From contig DAVH01000062.1 of assembly GCA_002508545.1 (NCBI GenBank), positions 559 through 64,558 on the forward strand: a DNA stretch of 64,000 bases, in the 5' to 3' direction. Source of the stretch: Methanomassiliicoccus sp. UBA6 (GTDB lineage Archaea; Thermoplasmatota; Thermoplasmata; Methanomassiliicoccales; Methanomassiliicoccaceae). How positions within the stretch are numbered: the first letter of the stretch is position 1; every line of letters begins with the position of its first letter. Shown here one piece after another: positions 61,687 to 64,000 of this stretch. The notes beneath the pieces are model-generated. The model had not been told where the DNA came from, did not search any database, and worked only from the letters and a program-made list of their open reading frames with translations. The position numbers and the translations under genes were made by a program.

Positions 61687-62399
61687 CCGACCACCTTCAC
61701 GAAGACGTCCTCGATGTTGGCCGCATCGTACTTCTTCTTGAGGTCGGCCGGGGCCCCCATCTCCACCACCTTCCCACTATTGATGAGGGCCAGGCGGTCG
61801 CAGATGAGCTCTACCTCCAGCATATTGTGGGAGGAAACGATGAATGTGGTCCCCTCCCGGGCTATCTTCCTCACCATGCCCCGGATCTGCTGGGCGCTGA
61901 TCACGTCCAGCCCGGAGGTGAGCTCGTCTAGGATGGCCAGGCGGGGCTTGAACATGAGGGCCCGGCCGACCAGCAGGCGCCGGGTCATGCCCTTGCTGTA
62001 GGAATCGACCTTATCATCGATGCGTTCCGCGAGGTTCGAGATCTCGATGCCCCGGTCGACCATCCTTTGGACGTCATCGCCCTCGGCGAAGAACCGGCCG
62101 ATGAACTCGAGGTACTGCCTCCCGGTCAGGTTCTTGTAGGCGCCCGCTTCCTCGGGCAGGTAGCTGATGATCTTGCGAACGGCATCGACATCATTTACCA
62201 CATCGTTACCGAAGATGTTGATGCTCCCGCCGCTGATCTGAAGCAAGGTAGCCATCATCCTCATGGTGGTGGTCTTACCCGCGCCGTTGGGTCCGATGAG
62301 GCCGAATATCTCTCCCTCCTCAACGGTAAAGTTGACATCCTTCACGGCCTGGAAATCCCCGAAGCTCTTCATCAGTCCCTTGACCTCTACTGCGACCAC
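61683..62399 (-). CDS. ABC transporter ATP-binding protein
   Basis: Walker A GLIGPNGAGKTTT, signature YSKGMTRRL and Walker B LAILDELTSGLD are present. The GTG at 62399 with AGGAGG 9 nt upstream is preferred over the GTG at 62420. Confidence 0.9.
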   Translation of the reverse strand: MVAVEVKGLMKSFGDFQAVKDVNFTVEEGEIFGLIGPNGAGKTTTMRMMATLLQISGGSINIFGNDVVNDVDAVRKIISYLPEEAGAYKNLTGRQYLEFIGRFFAEGDDVQRMVDRGIEISNLAERIDDKVDSYSKGMTRRLLVGRALMFKPRLAILDELTSGLDVISAQQIRGMVRKIAREGTTFIVSSHNMLEVELICDRLALINSGKVVEMGAPADLKKKYDAANIEDVFVKVVG

Positions 62400-62549
62400 T
62401 GACTCTTCCCTCCTGATCACCTAACGGGGGAATGGGGATGTGTTGAAAAACACTTGCGGTCAGGGCGGCTATCGCCTTCATGCAGCATCGGCATCCGATG
62501 CCTGATGAGCACCGGGACGGCATGGCCTCTGCATCGTTAACGCATCGGT

Positions 62550-63356
62550 CTAGATCGACGATATGCCGTTCCGAGCATCCGCCAGGAAGCGGATGACCTC
62601 CTTCAGCACGAGGGCGGGCGCGGTGATGGCGGCGTCATGCCCCTCCCCGGGCAGGACGGATATGCGGCTGCGGGGAAGGGCCGTGCGCAGGGCCTCGGCC
62701 GCTTCTTTGTAGAATGGTAAGCTCTCTTCGCCGACCAGGAGCAGGGCCGGCACCCGCAGGCCTGCGAACCGTTCAGGCTCGAGAGCGTACTGTCTCGCAC
62801 TGATGACCTCGCGGGGGATGGTGGGCGCTGCCGAGAGCCTCGCCCCCCAGCTGGAGTGGGCCCTGAGGGCGTCCAGCTCATCGGACGGCATGCGAGCGGC
62901 CTCGTACATCATCAGGAGCGCTTTCTCCGGCTCGCCGGCGCTCAGGTACTGATGGTACCGATCGAGGATGCCGGCGGGGTACGATACCTTGACCGTGGTG
63001 TAGATCGGCGGCTCATACAGCACCATCCTTCGGATGCGGGTCGCGCGGAGAGCGGCCTCCAGGGTGCAGAGGGCCCCGTATGAATGCGCGACGATGTCCA
63101 CCGGCCCGGGGATGGAGTCGATCATGGCGGCCACGTCCTCGAACTCCCTTTGCATCGAATATCGGGCGGAATCGCCGCTCCGTCCCCGGCCGCGGCGGTC
63201 CATCGCGTACACGGAGAACCGCTGCCCCAGCTCCGGAACGATGCTGTCCCAGTAGGTGTGGTCCACCCCGGTGCCGTGGACGAGAAGGAGAGGAGGGCCT
63301 GATCCGTTTCGCTCCCACGCGATGATGGTGCCGTCCACGGATGTCGTCTGCTCCAT
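62550..63356 (-). CDS. alpha/beta-fold hydrolase
   Basis: MEQTTSVDGTIIAWERNGSGPPLLLVHGTGVDHTYW...DIVAHSYGAL contains the nucleophile elbow. The ATG at 63356 is preferred over the longer track ORF. Confidence 0.82.
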   Translation of the reverse strand: MEQTTSVDGTIIAWERNGSGPPLLLVHGTGVDHTYWDSIVPELGQRFSVYAMDRRGRGRSGDSARYSMQREFEDVAAMIDSIPGPVDIVAHSYGALCTLEAALRATRIRRMVLYEPPIYTTVKVSYPAGILDRYHQYLSAGEPEKALLMMYEAARMPSDELDALRAHSSWGARLSAAPTIPREVISARQYALEPERFAGLRVPALLLVGEESLPFYKEAAEALRTALPRSRISVLPGEGHDAAITAPALVLKEVIRFLADARNGISSI

Positions 63357-63688
63357 GGTCGCGTCCCTTTCACAAGGATGGGAGCTCCTTCTACATGACC
63401 GTTGGTCAGAGGCCTCGTCCGCCGGCGGGCAGGGGACGAGTGACGATGGACGGCGCGCCCTTGGGCCCTGCTGGGGCGGGATCGGAAACGCGGTTGGACT
63501 TCCAGCTCGCAAAAGTTAAAAACCTCCTCTTCCATAATAATAACAGCATCCGAAAGCATCGTGTCCCGGCTGCGGGGCTGCCTGAACGGCGAACGAGGCT
63601 TTCTGGTGTTCAATTGCTGTTCTTCTCAGGGCCCCATCGGTGCGAGGGCATGACCCCTCGTGCGCATAGCCTCATGATAGAGCGCCCA

Positions 63689-64000
63689 TCAAGGGTGCGC
63701 CAGGAAGTAGTAGTTGGTCACGTTGTCGAACTGGTCGATGAAATCTTCCCTGTTCAGCGAGGTGCCGTCCTTCAGCCACTCTCCCATGATCGATATCTCC
63801 AGGCCGAATTGCTCGGTCAGGAGGTCATAGAGCTGCTCCGGCAGCACGTCGTAGTACTCGGCCGCGCCGCGGCCGTGCTCGAACACGATGTACGGGCGGT
63901 TGCGCTTCAGCGTCTCCTTGCCGCCCTCGAGGACGAGATATTCCGCGCCCTCGACATCGATCTTCACGAAGTCCAGGTGACGGTCCTCGGGATATAGCTC
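63689..64000 (-). CDS. FkbM-family methyltransferase, 5' end outside the window
   Basis: ...ELYPEDRHLDFVKIDVEGAEYLVLEGGKETLKRNRPYIVFE... The open frame continues to nt 64000. The 'M' in the track is an internal GTG. Confidence 0.7.
   Translation of the reverse strand, partial: ELYPEDRHLDFVKIDVEGAEYLVLEGGKETLKRNRPYIVFEHGRGAAEYYDVLPEQLYDLLTEQFGLEISIMGEWLKDGTSLNREDFIDQFDNVTNYYFLAHP

Noticed and set aside
1-64000. Mobile elements, prophage, CRISPR-Cas, toxin-antitoxin or restriction-modification loci
   Set aside because: I recognised no integrase, transposase, Cas, capsid/terminase, methylase-REase pair or small paired TA ORFs in any frame. The only defence-like candidate is the helicase-nuclease, reported separately.

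Overview
This is a high-GC (about 60-65% by eye) archaeal chromosomal segment, densely coded on both strands. I call about 70 CDS and 4 tRNAs. I found no rRNA, no CRISPR array and no recognisable transposase or integrase. Archaeal hallmarks are unambiguous: aRF1, LSm plus L37e, S3Ae, the L18e-L13-S9-RpoN cluster, PurP, pyruvoyl arginine decarboxylase, DTD2-type deacylase, an intron-containing tRNA-Met, and TATA-like boxes about 25-35 nt upstream of many start codons. HdrB/HdrC and a hydrogenase maturation protease suggest a methanogen-like or Thermoplasmata-like euryarchaeon; this lineage guess is inference only. The ORF track accepts GTG and TTG starts, so I re-picked many start codons. Many of the long ORFs in the track are antisense shadows of real genes, as expected at this GC content. 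Most of the window is housekeeping: purine and pyrimidine synthesis, aminoacyl-tRNA synthetases, ribosomal proteins and transport. The stand-out is at 49.8-52.2 kb: a ThiF/E1-like gene followed by a tightly overlapping operon. That operon encodes a beta-grasp ubiquitin-like protein with an internal C-terminal Gly-Gly, a canonical HPN/Cys UBC-type E2, and a JAMM/MPN+ isopeptidase. Together they form a minimal eukaryote-like ubiquitylation cassette with no visible E3. Other items worth a second look are listed here. (1) A Ras/Rab-like small GTPase lies 14 nt upstream of a V4R (Bet3/TRAPP-like) plus DUF835 protein. (2) There is an 86-aa Lys/Ala/Pro-rich histone-H1-tail-like protein with an internal duplication. 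(3) A 1490-aa Upf1-like helicase fused to a PD-(D/E)xK nuclease lies directly upstream of the ribosomal protein operon. (4) There is a PUA/PAPS-reductase/ferredoxin fusion protein. (5) A lower-GC patch next to tRNA-Ala carries a zinc-phospholipase-C-like protein. (6) Several housekeeping proteins carry unusual charged low-complexity tails. (7) Recurrent 1-nt TGATG stop/start overlaps occur, including aRF1-ArgRS-GNAT.
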